Below, one piece after another: positions 37,997 through 47,624 of a stretch of DNA of 64,000 bases. Origin of the DNA: Minisyncoccota bacterium (GTDB taxonomy: Bacteria > Patescibacteriota > Minisyncoccia > Phycocordibacterales > Phycocordibacteraceae); contig JAGOSG010000001.1 in NCBI GenBank assembly GCA_018062445.1, forward strand, positions 58,426 to 122,425, in the 5' to 3' direction. How positions within the stretch are numbered: position 1 is the first letter of the stretch; each line of letters starts with the position of its first letter. Made by a program: the position numbers and the translations under genes. The notes beneath the pieces are model-generated. The model was not told the DNA's origin. It saw only the letters and a program-made list of their open reading frames with translations, and did no database searches.

Positions 37997-38593
37997 ATGC
38001 GTCCCACACAAGATCTCATTGAACACATTGCGGAGTTCCCCGGCATTGGCCCAAGACAAGCTCGTCGTGTAGTGCAATTTCTCCTCTCTGCAGGAGTACC
38101 TTTCCGCGAAAAATTAGCAAACCTCATTATTGAATCTGGCAAATCAACATCCCCCTGCACTACATGCTTTCGTTTCGATGACGCACGAGACTCAGGCGTA
38201 TGTTCAATTTGCTCTGATTCTCTCCGCGATCACACAACACTGATGGTAGTTGAAAAAGATATTGATATAGAAGGTATAGAAGGCTCTGGGGCGTATAGAG
38301 GAATCTATTTCATTCTAGGAGGGCTCAAAACTATGACGGAGAGAAAAAACTCTCGGATGGTGCGAACAAAAGAGCTACTAGAGCGTGTAGCAAAAAACGA
38401 CACAAAAGAAATTATTTTTGCTCTTTCAACCACACCCGAGGGTGACTACACAGCCCGTGAACTTTCAAAAGAAATACAAAAAGCACATCCTGATAAAAAA
38501 GTAACCCTTCTTGGGCGAGGGCTTTCAGTAGGGGCTGAAATTGAGTACGCAGATTCGGAAACACTCAGAAGTGCTCTTAGAAATCGGTCTTAA
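37997..38593 (+). CDS. recR: recombination protein RecR
   Basis: HhH (FPGIGPRQARR), C4 zinc finger (CTTC…CSIC), Toprim. Confidence 0.9.
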   Translation: MRPTQDLIEHIAEFPGIGPRQARRVVQFLLSAGVPFREKLANLIIESGKSTSPCTTCFRFDDARDSGVCSICSDSLRDHTTLMVVEKDIDIEGIEGSGAYRGIYFILGGLKTMTERKNSRMVRTKELLERVAKNDTKEIIFALSTTPEGDYTARELSKEIQKAHPDKKVTLLGRGLSVGAEIEYADSETLRSALRNRS

Positions 38594-38957
38594 ATACGAG
38601 TGCGATTCTGCTTTCGACGCGCATGACGACCGACTATCTTGTCTGCTCGTTCTTCAGGCATACCACCAGGCAGAAGACCATCAAATCCTGATAGCCAAGC
38701 CTTCAAAAAAGACCCGAAAAGACTAGTTTCTGGGATACGCTTTCTTTCTGGAAGTAATGGCATATGTAATATGTAATTTAATATCTTAATAAACCTAGGA
38801 AAAACCGTCTTATTTTTTCTCCATTAGAAGCTCTGTAAATATTATTATATCTCTTCGCAGCATGCTCTGCTCTGCCGGGAGGTAAACCACGCTGGCGGTA
38901 CTCTGCCTCTACTCCATGTAAAAAGAAAGTGGACATAGCAACAAACGAGAAAAGAAT

Positions 38958-39269
38958 TTAAACGCTCTCAATCTTCACTTTCATGTTGGGCTGTTTGTGC
39001 CCTCGTTTCTTGTAGTATCGGCTTTTTGCTTTGTACTTTACAACAACAACCTTAGGAGCGCGTCCTACCATCAAAACGGTACCAGTAACTTTTGCACCTG
39101 AAACAGTTGGAGCACCAACTGATGCTTTTGCTCCATCGTCAGTAAAAAGGACAGCATCAAAGGTGATTTTGTCGTCTTTCTTGACATTAGCTATTTTTTC
39201 AATCGTAATCAAAGAACCCTCTTTTACAAGGTACTGCTTCCCTCCTGTCTTTATAACCGCAATATTCAT
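38958..39269 (-). CDS. rplU: 50S ribosomal protein L21 (start at MNIAVIK; ORF opens at 39305)
   Basis: MNIAVIKTGGKQYLVKEGSLITIEKI matches the L21 N-terminus. Confidence 0.88.
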   Translation of the reverse strand: MNIAVIKTGGKQYLVKEGSLITIEKIANVKKDDKITFDAVLFTDDGAKASVGAPTVSGAKVTGTVLMVGRAPKVVVVKYKAKSRYYKKRGHKQPNMKVKIESV

Positions 39270-39309
39270 ATCAGAGCATCGTACCAAAAAAGCCCTAAAA
39301 AGCAACTTT

Positions 39310-39350
39310 CCTTAGGGTCTAGGGGTCAGCGTTTAGGGTTTAGGTATTAG
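39310..39350. repeat. TTAGGG-type heptamer array just upstream of rplU
   Basis: ccttagggtctaggggtcagcgtttagggtttaggtattag. Confidence 0.7.
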
Positions 39351-39351
39351 T

Positions 39352-39531
39352 TTTTAAAGCTGAACGTCGGCCTCAGGCGCCCTTCTACTTAAAGTACGCA
39401 AAAGTCCTGCAATCAAATGGGCAGGTATTTTATCTAGAGACTCAGGTCTCGCAAGTGCATTTGCCCGCTCTGGCCGAGTTCCACGACGCCCACGCTTACG
39501 CCTAGAAACAGTTTCGTTCTTTGCTTCATTC
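39352..39531 (-). CDS. hypothetical 59-aa Arg-rich protein upstream of rplU
   Basis: MNEAKNETVSRRKRGRRGTRPERANALARPE…; ORF only, below the ORF-track cutoff. Confidence 0.25.
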
Positions 39532-39581
39532 ATGCGGATATACTATATCGGCTGACAATGACCTGTCAAAAAGCCGAAAAA

Positions 39582-39839
39582 CTACTTTGCTCCTTCAATC
39601 AATTCAGGACGCAAGACTGTCTTTGTAGGGTGGAATAATCGTCGCACAAATCTCTCTGAAGCAGTAGACGCTAGACCTACTTTCCCATGGCGAAATAACG
39701 CCGCCCAAAAGACTGTTTTCTTGATGACACGACTATCTAAGTTCGGCTCTAGAGAATCCTCAGGAGTATAAAACATGTCGTGCTGAAGCCACGGGCTTGG
39801 ATCTGTAAACATAGTTAAAAAGCACTGTACCGTAACCAA
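39582..39839 (-). CDS. hypothetical protein (start uncertain)
   Basis: 85-aa ORF, no family. Confidence 0.3.
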   Translation of the reverse strand: MVTVQCFLTMFTDPSPWLQHDMFYTPEDSLEPNLDSRVIKKTVFWAALFRHGKVGLASTASERFVRRLFHPTKTVLRPELIEGAK

Positions 39840-39892
39840 AGCTTTCTGTCGTCATTCACTCAGTATCCTCCAAGCCACACCCTTCATGTTTG

Positions 39893-39938
39893 TACCTGTA
39901 TAGTATAATTTAACGATCGTTAGATTATACTATACAGG
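39893..39938. repeat. 44-bp palindrome family copy 4 (ACCTGTATAGTATAATTTAACGATCGTTAgATTATACTATACAGGT)
   Basis: One mismatch to a perfect dyad; T-run follows. Confidence 0.85.
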
Positions 39939-39975
39939 TCTTTTTCGCCTTTTATCCGATTATTTGATTTAAGAG

Positions 39976-40100
39976 GTGGAGAGGCTGACACCTATTCTAC
40001 GCAAGCAGAGCTTCTTCTTATTGTTCGCTCGGAAATATTCAAACCTAACACCTCCCATTTATTCTACGCAAGCAGAGCTTCCTCTCATCGTTCGTTCGGC
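39976..40100. repeat. two-copy tandem direct repeat (about 63-bp period) downstream of glmS
   Basis: acacctATTCTACGCAAGCAGAGCTTCttcttattgttcgctcgg / acacctcccatttATTCTACGCAAGCAGAGCTTCctctcatcgttcgttcgg. Confidence 0.6.
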
Positions 40101-40133
40101 ATTATCCAAGCCGAGCTTGTCTACTGCCCTCAC

Positions 40134-41954
40134 TCACTCGACAGTGACTGACTTCGCAAGATTACGAGGGCGGTCAACATTGAGTCCCTTATCCGCCGCA
40201 AAGTGATAGGCAAAAAGTTGGAGCGCGATTATGGAAAGCACTACTGAAAGTTCTTCAGATGCTTTTGGAATGTATATAACATGATCAGAGACCTCTTTGA
40301 TTTTCTCATCACCAGCAGTGGCAATAGCAATCACTGGTCCTTTACGGGTACGTATCTCTATCATGTTAGAAACAGTTTTCTCGTACACTGAATCTTGAGG
40401 AACAATGGCAACTGTTGGGAATTTCTCATCAATCATTGCAAGTGGTCCGTGCTTCATCTCCCCTGCCCCATATCCTTCCGCGTGTACGTATGAAACCTCT
40501 TTGAGCTTCAGTGCTCCTTCTAAGGCTGCGGGATAACTAAACTTGCGACCAATAAAAAGGAAATCTCGTGAATCTTTATATACATTAGCAACTTTACGAA
40601 TTTCTTCAGACTGTTCCAACACTTTTTTTGCTAACTCTGGCAAACTTTTAAGTGCATTAGCCAATGCAACACCATCATCTTTAGAGAGTGAGCGAGTACG
40701 GCCAAGGAAGAGTGCAACGAGTGAAAGAATAACCACTTGAGAAACAAGAGCCTTGGTGGAAGCAACGCCAATTTCGGGGCCTGCATGGTTATACACTCCA
40801 GCGTCTGTCTCACGAGCAATCGTAGAGCCTACGGTATTCACAATGCCAAGAGTAAGTGCACCGTGTCGCTTTGCTTCACGGATAGCTTCAAGTGTATCGA
40901 GAGTCTCGCCTGACTGGGAGATTGCCAAGACTGCGGTGTTTGGTCTGATAACTGGCTTTCTATAACGAAATTCCGAAGCAAGTTCCACTTCAACAGGAAC
41001 ACCAGCAAGGGATTCAATTAAATACTCACCAATGAGTCCTGCGTAGTATGCGGTTCCACAACCAACAATAATAAGTCTGTCGATATTTTGAAGCTCTTTT
41101 TCAACTGCTTCTAGTCCGCCAAGTTTTGCCTTCCCTTCTTCCATAATAAGCCTGCCTCGAAGTGCATTCTCTATAACCTCAGGCGATTCCATCATCTCTT
41201 TCAGCATGAAATGTGGATATCCCCCGCGTGATGCCTCCCCAACATCCCAAGTAATGGTTTCAGATGGGCGATCAACCTCGGTTTCTAAAAGTGTACGCAC
41301 ACGGTGCGTTGTAGGCGTGATAATCGCAACGTCTCCATCAGAGAGAAACATCATTTGCTTCGTGTGTTTCAAAATTGGCGTTGCATCAGAGGCAATAAAA
41401 TTCTCTCCGTCTCCTAAGCCCACGACAACAGGAGAACCCATTCGTGCAGTAATAATGGTGTCGGGATCTTTTGCATAGGAAATCAGAAGACCATAAGTGC
41501 CTCGAAGTTTCTTCAGGGTATCGATAACAGCATCTTCAAAATTAAGTTTGTCTTTCAGAGCTCCTTCAATAAGGTGCGCAATCACTTCAGTGTCAGTCTC
41601 TGATTTAAATGTATGACCTCCCGCTAAAAGCTCTTCTTTTAACTCACGGAAGTTTTCAATAATGCCATTGTGAATTACAAACACATCTCCATCACAGTCG
41701 CCATGTGGGTGCGCATTGACTTCATTTGGGGCTCCGTGAGTTGCCCAGCGTAGATGCGCTATCCCAGAAGTCGCAGGATAGTCTTTTGTCATTCTTTTGG
41801 TAAGCTCTGCAACCGCGCCAGGGGTCTTCACCACATCAAAGCCAGGCATATATATTCCTGCAGAATCATATCCTCGGTACTCAAGCATTGAGAGCCCTTC
41901 GAGAAGGATTGGTGACGCTTTTTTAGAGCCAGTGTAGGCAAAGATTCCGCACAT
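40134..41954 (-). CDS. glmS: glutamine--fructose-6-phosphate aminotransferase
   Basis: N-terminal MCGIFAY (Ntn Cys), two SIS domains, 606 aa. Confidence 0.95.
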   Translation of the reverse strand: MCGIFAYTGSKKASPILLEGLSMLEYRGYDSAGIYMPGFDVVKTPGAVAELTKRMTKDYPATSGIAHLRWATHGAPNEVNAHPHGDCDGDVFVIHNGIIENFRELKEELLAGGHTFKSETDTEVIAHLIEGALKDKLNFEDAVIDTLKKLRGTYGLLISYAKDPDTIITARMGSPVVVGLGDGENFIASDATPILKHTKQMMFLSDGDVAIITPTTHRVRTLLETEVDRPSETITWDVGEASRGGYPHFMLKEMMESPEVIENALRGRLIMEEGKAKLGGLEAVEKELQNIDRLIIVGCGTAYYAGLIGEYLIESLAGVPVEVELASEFRYRKPVIRPNTAVLAISQSGETLDTLEAIREAKRHGALTLGIVNTVGSTIARETDAGVYNHAGPEIGVASTKALVSQVVILSLVALFLGRTRSLSKDDGVALANALKSLPELAKKVLEQSEEIRKVANVYKDSRDFLFIGRKFSYPAALEGALKLKEVSYVHAEGYGAGEMKHGPLAMIDEKFPTVAIVPQDSVYEKTVSNMIEIRTRKGPVIAIATAGDEKIKEVSDHVIYIPKASEELSVVLSIIALQLFAYHFAADKGLNVDRPRNLAKSVTVE

Positions 41955-41957
41955 AAA

Positions 41958-41991
41958 CTAGGGTTTAGGGTTTAGTGAATAGTGTTTAGAG
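41958..41991. repeat. TAGGGTT heptamer array immediately upstream of glmS
   Basis: ctagggtttagggtttagtgaatagtgtttagag. Confidence 0.7.
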
Positions 41992-42039
41992 AAAGACTCA
42001 GCTAATACTACCTGAAAGACACGCATTCGGTAACAGCAA

Positions 42040-43128
42040 TTAATCTTCATCTCGGGTAGGTGCGTCAATAACAGGCATTGCAATCCCTGGGGCATCACCA
42101 GTAATGCGCATCACATCCTTATCAATCTTTTTAAATTCCTTACCTGAGTTATTGAAATGGTTCACCACGGTGCCAAGTGCGTTTCCAAGTTTCGCATGGT
42201 ATTCCTCAAAGGTTTTTAAGTGCTTACCAAGCTCCCCCACTCGCTGAACAATGTCCTTTGCCTGCTCCTCTATTTGCATAGCACGGAGCCCCTGCAAAAC
42301 CGTCTGCAAATACGCCAAGAATGATGTGGGTGAGACGATGATTACCTTATACCTTCCCGCAGCGCGCTGAATGAGGTTCTCGGTGTCTTCTGTTACAGCG
42401 CCAATTTTGTTGATGAGCAAATCGTAATAAATAGCTTCATGGGGAATAAACATGAACGCAAAATCCATAGTGCCTTCGCTTGGACGAATGTACTTTGCTG
42501 TTTCTTGAATACGAAGCTTTAAGTCGTTCACAAACAGTTTTTCCAATCGTAATTTCTCTGATGGGTCAGTAGCCTCCGTAAGACGATTATAGTTTTCAAG
42601 TGAGAATTTGGAATCAATTGGAATGACTTTGTCTTTCACAAACACCGCCGCATCCACTATCTCACCATTAGCAAACGCATACTGCATTTGATACTGCCCT
42701 GGTGGAAGAACATTTTTGAGCAATGTTTCCAAATAATACTCACCTAATATTCCTCGCTGTTTAGGATTCTTCAGAATGTCCTGCAAGTTTTGAAGTTGAT
42801 CCGCAAACGAAACTACTTGCCTGTTAGTTTCATCAAGCTTCGTAAGACGCTCTGTCACATCACGAATAATGCGATTGGCTTCAGTAGATTGAGCTTGGGT
42901 TGAGCGCATCAAATTCTCCGATGTCTTGTCGAGTCGCTCATCCAGTGTTCGAGAAAGTTCGGCAATACGCTGATTTATCATAGTAACCCCCTCCCCTTGT
43001 CCGGTGTCCTTTTTTCTAGAGAGGAAAAACACCACCGCTCCTGCGTTGAGAATTAAGAGTGCTACCACCAAAACAATAAGCAAAGTTTCCATCCCGTTGA
43101 TTATAACAGAGTGCCAATGTATGCTCAT
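42040..43128 (-). CDS. rmuC: DNA recombination protein RmuC
   Basis: N-terminal TM, long coiled coil, C-terminal RmuC nuclease-like domain. Confidence 0.8.
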   Translation of the reverse strand: MSIHWHSVIINGMETLLIVLVVALLILNAGAVVFFLSRKKDTGQGEGVTMINQRIAELSRTLDERLDKTSENLMRSTQAQSTEANRIIRDVTERLTKLDETNRQVVSFADQLQNLQDILKNPKQRGILGEYYLETLLKNVLPPGQYQMQYAFANGEIVDAAVFVKDKVIPIDSKFSLENYNRLTEATDPSEKLRLEKLFVNDLKLRIQETAKYIRPSEGTMDFAFMFIPHEAIYYDLLINKIGAVTEDTENLIQRAAGRYKVIIVSPTSFLAYLQTVLQGLRAMQIEEQAKDIVQRVGELGKHLKTFEEYHAKLGNALGTVVNHFNNSGKEFKKIDKDVMRITGDAPGIAMPVIDAPTRDED

Positions 43129-43131
43129 TTT

Positions 43132-43308
43132 ATGAATATCGAACGCCTTATCCCTGATACCCTTTGGGAGTCATTTGAAAACGCACTAGCGTCATTACGA
43201 CAGGCTGAAAATGAAGGAGCCGTGGGAAGCCTAGACTATGTAAGCGAGTTAGATAGATTAAGCCGACTCGGAGATCTCGCAAAATTTTTCGAAATTGATT
43301 TTAGATAA
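43132..43308 (+). CDS. hypothetical small helical protein (58 aa), divergent from rmuC
   Basis: ORF only. Confidence 0.25.
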   Translation: MNIERLIPDTLWESFENALASLRQAENEGAVGSLDYVSELDRLSRLGDLAKFFEIDFR

Positions 43309-43335
43309 AGAGATATTCTGAGGTAAAATAAACAC

Positions 43336-43788
43336 ATGCTACAAACACAAATCAAATCTGACATGGTGACCGCGATGAAGGCACGAGAAGCTCTCAAGGT
43401 TGAAGTGCTTCGTGGACTTATGTCTTCATGCACTAACGAGCTCGTCTCTTTGAAGCGCCTCCCGACGGAAGAGCTTTCTGATCAAGAAGTGCTCGCAGTT
43501 ATTCGCAGAGAAGTTAAGAAGCGTAAAGACGCGTTCGAGCAGTTCACTAAGGGTAACCGCCCTGAATTAGCACAAAAAGAAGAAGCTGAGCGCGTCATGC
43601 TCGAAGCCTATCTTCCTGCCATGATGAGCCAAGACGATATTCGCAAGATTGCGGAGGCTAAAAAAGCAGAAATGGGTGTCACGGACAAAAAAGAAGCGGG
43701 TAAATTTATGGGGGCTTTAATGAAAGATCTCCAAGGCAAGGCTGACGGCACGGATGTGAAAGCCGTCATTGACTCACTGTTCAATTGA
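43336..43788 (+). CDS. GatB/YqeY domain-containing protein
   Basis: 150 aa with the YqeY N- and C-terminal helical domains. Confidence 0.85.
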   Translation: MLQTQIKSDMVTAMKAREALKVEVLRGLMSSCTNELVSLKRLPTEELSDQEVLAVIRREVKKRKDAFEQFTKGNRPELAQKEEAERVMLEAYLPAMMSQDDIRKIAEAKKAEMGVTDKKEAGKFMGALMKDLQGKADGTDVKAVIDSLFN

Positions 43789-44153
43789 TCCGCTAAATTG
43801 TATGTCACACGAAATTGGCGTACACAAAAAACATCGCATAACTTCAGCTGATAGATTTCGAGGACAAACCTTTCAAAGAGTTGCTTCGGGCACAAGAGAT
43901 ATCATTACCGCAACTAAAAAATGGGCAGAGGTTCAGCATGAAATGTTGTCACTCAAAGCTAAAAGAATTAAACACAGAAGAAACCGACGAAAAGACCCCG
44001 ATATGTGGGCATAGACAAAACGAACGACCTACAAGGTCGTTCATATTTTCCAGAGGTTAATGGCAGACATACGATGTCTGCCATAGGGTCGTTTATCTTG
44101 TGACTATGTTGGGTTTCGTAAATCCAACACAATAACAATAAGTAGATCTATGC

Positions 44154-45128
44154 TTATGCTTCTTCTCGAGAGGCGAGGTAGCACACTAACCCTGCACTTT
44201 CTTGATGCTCTGGTTTCTTTGGGAATAGGATGATGCCGTTCAATGGTGAGTGCACAGGAATGCCTCCTTGATGCCCAATAACTTCACCTTTTGTTATAGG
44301 GGCAAACCCTCGTTCCTTCCCTTCTGCAAATACAAATGGTCGGCTCGCATCGTACGGAATTGATGTCATCACAGTATATTCAGAACCCGCTAGAGGAGGC
44401 TCTGGCAATACGCCTTCTACCATCCCTCTCTCAATCATGATGGCGCGAATGGCTTCAAATACAGGAACGATGTTCCGCATATCAGTTGCCTGTCCTGATT
44501 CGTAGCAAATACCAACTTTCCCAAAATCATCTGCCGCTTCATCAATAGAGCCACCTCCACCTGAAACTATTCTTTCAGGGTCAAGCACCACAGACTCCCG
44601 TGGAAGCCATTTGTAGACCGAACTATGCTCCTCATCTCCAAGCGCACACACGAACGCTGGCGACGGCCTATTGGTTGAATGGAGATCAATAACGATGTCC
44701 GACGAGCGAATAGCCTCGGTAATTTTTTGTGCACGACGCCCTTCCCACCCTTTATCTTCCCTACCTGAAATAACTGATGGCAGAAAAATTCTGTTCAAAT
44801 CAACTCCTCCTGGGGCTGTTCGCTGGTCAGCCTCTATTGCACGTGTATTTCCAAGGGTAAGTTGTACTTCTCCAGATTTGAGCATCAATGCTCCAGTCTC
44901 CAAGCTTTCACGGAGAAGATCTGCAACAAGAACACCAAGAACTTCATTTCCATGAGTACCGCCGATAATAAGAATAGAAGGTCCAGCTCTCTCGCCAGAA
45001 TATCTCAATGTTTTTTCACCAAAGGTACGGAGTGCTTCAAGAACACGCTCTCTGACTTCAGGTTCTCGAGTTTCTCCTGCAATATTCATAGGTTTATTTT
45101 CGTGTCCATTTCTCATATGTTTTACCAT
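44154..45128 (-). CDS. succinylglutamate desuccinylase/aspartoacylase (AstE/AspA) family zinc hydrolase
   Basis: ILIIGGTHGNEVLG zinc-binding motif. Confidence 0.8.
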   Translation of the reverse strand: MVKHMRNGHENKPMNIAGETREPEVRERVLEALRTFGEKTLRYSGERAGPSILIIGGTHGNEVLGVLVADLLRESLETGALMLKSGEVQLTLGNTRAIEADQRTAPGGVDLNRIFLPSVISGREDKGWEGRRAQKITEAIRSSDIVIDLHSTNRPSPAFVCALGDEEHSSVYKWLPRESVVLDPERIVSGGGGSIDEAADDFGKVGICYESGQATDMRNIVPVFEAIRAIMIERGMVEGVLPEPPLAGSEYTVMTSIPYDASRPFVFAEGKERGFAPITKGEVIGHQGGIPVHSPLNGIILFPKKPEHQESAGLVCYLASREEA

Positions 45129-45340
45129 TTTTCATGGCAGTAGTTATTCATCGTGTAGAGTCCAATAAAAGAAAAACAGCCCCCTTCGAGGCTGCTCCAG
45201 AATCTTTATTTTTTAAATTTAAAAATCCGCGAACAACCTCAAAGGAGGCTTCGCTTTGCTGAACTCAAAACTGTCATTGATGTGTGCCCATTCATGCCTT
45301 TATAGTATGTATCGTTTTTATAGGTGTGTCAATAATGCCG

Positions 45341-45871
45341 TTAGAATAACTGAACAAGCAGGGGTAAAACATACAAGTAACTGAGATACGCGCTCACAAT
45401 GCCAATGAGGCACCCTGCAAGCATGTCCGATGGATAGTGCACACCTGCCATAACTCGCGCAGTGGCAATACCTATAGTGATGAGAAGAAATATAACTCCA
45501 AGTAAGGGGTAAAAGAAAAGAACAAAGGTTGAAAGTGCGAAGAAAAAGAGTGCGTGTCCGGAAGGAAACGAAGGTGACTTCAAGTCAATGAGCGGTTTCA
45601 ATGCATGTGTCACTCTCGGTCGAGGCACGGGATGAAAAAATCTGATTAAACTTCCAAAAATAAGTCGAGCAATCAATCCTGCAACGAGCCCCGAAACAGA
45701 AAGGATAATCCCCTCTCTCATCGAAGTTTGTACAAGGAAGAGATACAAAGGAAATGCTACAGCAAGTGGGTATGCGATGTACGAGCCAAAAAACAGTATT
45801 AAAAAATCACCGCGTTTGCTCTTATGGGCAAAGCTGTTCAATTTAAAAAAGAGTTTTGTATCGAGGTTCAT
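45341..45871 (-). CDS. PAP2 family phosphatase (membrane)
   Basis: PAP2 motifs KPLIDLKSPSFPSGHA…; about 5 TM. Confidence 0.75.
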   Translation of the reverse strand: MNLDTKLFFKLNSFAHKSKRGDFLILFFGSYIAYPLAVAFPLYLFLVQTSMREGIILSVSGLVAGLIARLIFGSLIRFFHPVPRPRVTHALKPLIDLKSPSFPSGHALFFFALSTFVLFFYPLLGVIFLLITIGIATARVMAGVHYPSDMLAGCLIGIVSAYLSYLYVLPLLVQLF

Positions 45872-46040
45872 GACTTACCTACCTTTTTAGGTTTCCAATT
45901 TAGAAAACTCTTCAATACACTCTTCCACGTTATGGATGTACGAAGTTCATCTAGTGCTTCAACAAAGGGAGCAAACACTGGAGGCGGAAGCTCTGACATA
46001 GAAACATTCTACTCCTCTACCTTCTAATAAGACAGAACCC

Positions 46041-46349
46041 TTAGAAGAATCTGGATAGAAACAGACATGCAAAGAGAATCGCCGTAATGACTGCAAATGC
46101 TCCTACTGTTTGTAGGGCGAGGTTGACTCCTCTGGCTTTCTCACCTTCCATATACATAAGCACTGGCTGATAGAAAAATACAAATGCCATTACTGCAACG
46201 GAAAGTGAAAATAGACACAACATTGCAATGGGTACCAACACGGTTTCTTCTATGGGAACTGCTAATGAGGAGCCGAAGAACATAATCGATGCAACTATAC
46301 ATATGTAGAGCACGGCGCTAAGCGCATTGAGAATTGGGTTTTTAGTCAT
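46041..46349 (-). CDS. hypothetical 3-TM membrane protein
   Basis: 102 aa; GGGG Shine-Dalgarno 9 nt upstream. Confidence 0.4.
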   Translation of the reverse strand: MTKNPILNALSAVLYICIVASIMFFGSSLAVPIEETVLVPIAMLCLFSLSVAVMAFVFFYQPVLMYMEGEKARGVNLALQTVGAFAVITAILFACLFLSRFF

Positions 46350-46382
46350 GTCTACCTAACCCCAATTACTTCAGTGAAGTTA

Positions 46383-46526
46383 CTAAGCTAAACAGGTACC
46401 TCCGCAGTGACCACACGATAGGTCGCCATGTAAACAGTGCTTACCTGCATCTTTACACTTACGTACATGGGATGGAAATGCTTGGTGTGGAGGGCGCCCC
46501 CCAGGACCTTTGTCTATACTACTCAT
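46383..46526 (-). CDS. hypothetical 47-aa Cys-rich peptide (C-x6-C-x6-C-x2-C-x3-C; contains CGHC)
   Basis: MSSIDKGPGGRPPHQAFPSHVRKCKDAGKHCLHGDLSCGHCGGTCLA, immediately upstream of the membrane protein; no SD. Confidence 0.25.
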   Translation of the reverse strand: MSSIDKGPGGRPPHQAFPSHVRKCKDAGKHCLHGDLSCGHCGGTCLA

Positions 46527-47055
46527 AGAAAAATCGTACTCTTCTAAAATGGGTTATGCAAGTAGTTTTTTGACCCCCTCACTTGAGCCTAGAATATAAA
46601 TGCGTATACTGCCCCTGATGCCACACGAATCAGACAAAACTATTCTTGCACGACTCCAAAGAAAACCTTCTGATGGTGAAAGGCCATTTGGAGGGATGAC
46701 TGATAAGGAACGCGCTCTACGCAATCAACAAAGGCTTAAAGAAATGCTGGCTGACGACGGTGACCTTGATGGCGACAGTGATGCTGAATTGGATTGGTAA
46801 GGCCTGCGTTTTAGATCAACTACTACTTATACTACCTGCATGTCTCACGAATCATTTGAAGATGCCCTTGAAAGAGTTCTAGCGGAGCAAATAAAAAACC
46901 CACCCGGAATAAGGAGTGCGGAGAAAGTTGCTGAACGCAACAGAGCAATATTCGAGCGAACTATGGATGATGATTATCAGGATTGAGAGGAAGTCTCGCA
47001 TCAAATTAAAAACAACACACCTCTAGGTGTGTTGTTTTTAATAATCTGAGATATT

Positions 47056-47403
47056 TTATTGATTGAACCAGCTCCTCCTCCAGTCCTTCATCATCTGTAT
47101 CTCCCCTGTCTGGGCAGTAACGATGTCGTTGCCGAGCTTGATGAGCTCTGGGCGCTTTGTACCCTTAAGAAGGGTTTGTGCCATCTCAACAGCTCCTTCG
47201 TGATGAATAATCATTCCGTCCAAGAATGCTTTATCAAGTTCGTCGCCTGTCTTTCCCTCAAGACCAATTGTCATACCATTCATGGCACCATGCATGCTGG
47301 ACTGATCTTCCACTAGAGGGCGATTACCAATAAAGTACCCTATCCCTAAACCGAAAAGTAATGTGACGAGGCCGATAAAGAGTATGTTGTTTTTTGCTTC
47401 CAT
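47056..47403 (-). CDS. DUF305 domain protein (secreted or membrane-anchored)
   Basis: MIIHHEGAVEMAQ (HHxGAxxMA) motif. Confidence 0.7.
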   Translation of the reverse strand: MEAKNNILFIGLVTLLFGLGIGYFIGNRPLVEDQSSMHGAMNGMTIGLEGKTGDELDKAFLDGMIIHHEGAVEMAQTLLKGTKRPELIKLGNDIVTAQTGEIQMMKDWRRSWFNQ

Positions 47404-47624
47404 GATTTTGAACTTTTTGTAAACCTATTGTGCAACAGCCAATGCCACGCCGAGGTAGTACGGCCAGATGATAAGAGCTAACACTCCTTTCCAAAAAGTA
47501 AGCTGTAAGTAGCCTACGGTGAAAAGCCATGCTGCAATCCAAAATCCTCCTGATAGCGTGTGGTGTTCTATTTTTATTTTTTCCATGATTCTTTTAAATA
47601 ATGGGAACTATATACAATACTACC

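Noticed and set aside
38772-38930. 52-aa minus-strand ORF downstream of rplU (MSTFFLHGVEAEYRQRGLPPGRAEHAAKRY…) considered as a GIY-YIG/UPF0213 or Prp (YsxB) homologue
   Set aside because: Too short, and the motif order does not fit either family; left unannotated.
39976-40100. CRISPR array?
   Set aside because: Only two repeat units, the unit is longer than the inter-repeat spacing, and there are no cas genes in the window.
25548-41991. TTTAGGG arrays as telomeres or evidence of a linear replicon or eukaryotic contamination
   Set aside because: Arrays are short (3-6 units), degenerate and internal, and lie between typical bacterial operons. The coding content is purely bacterial.
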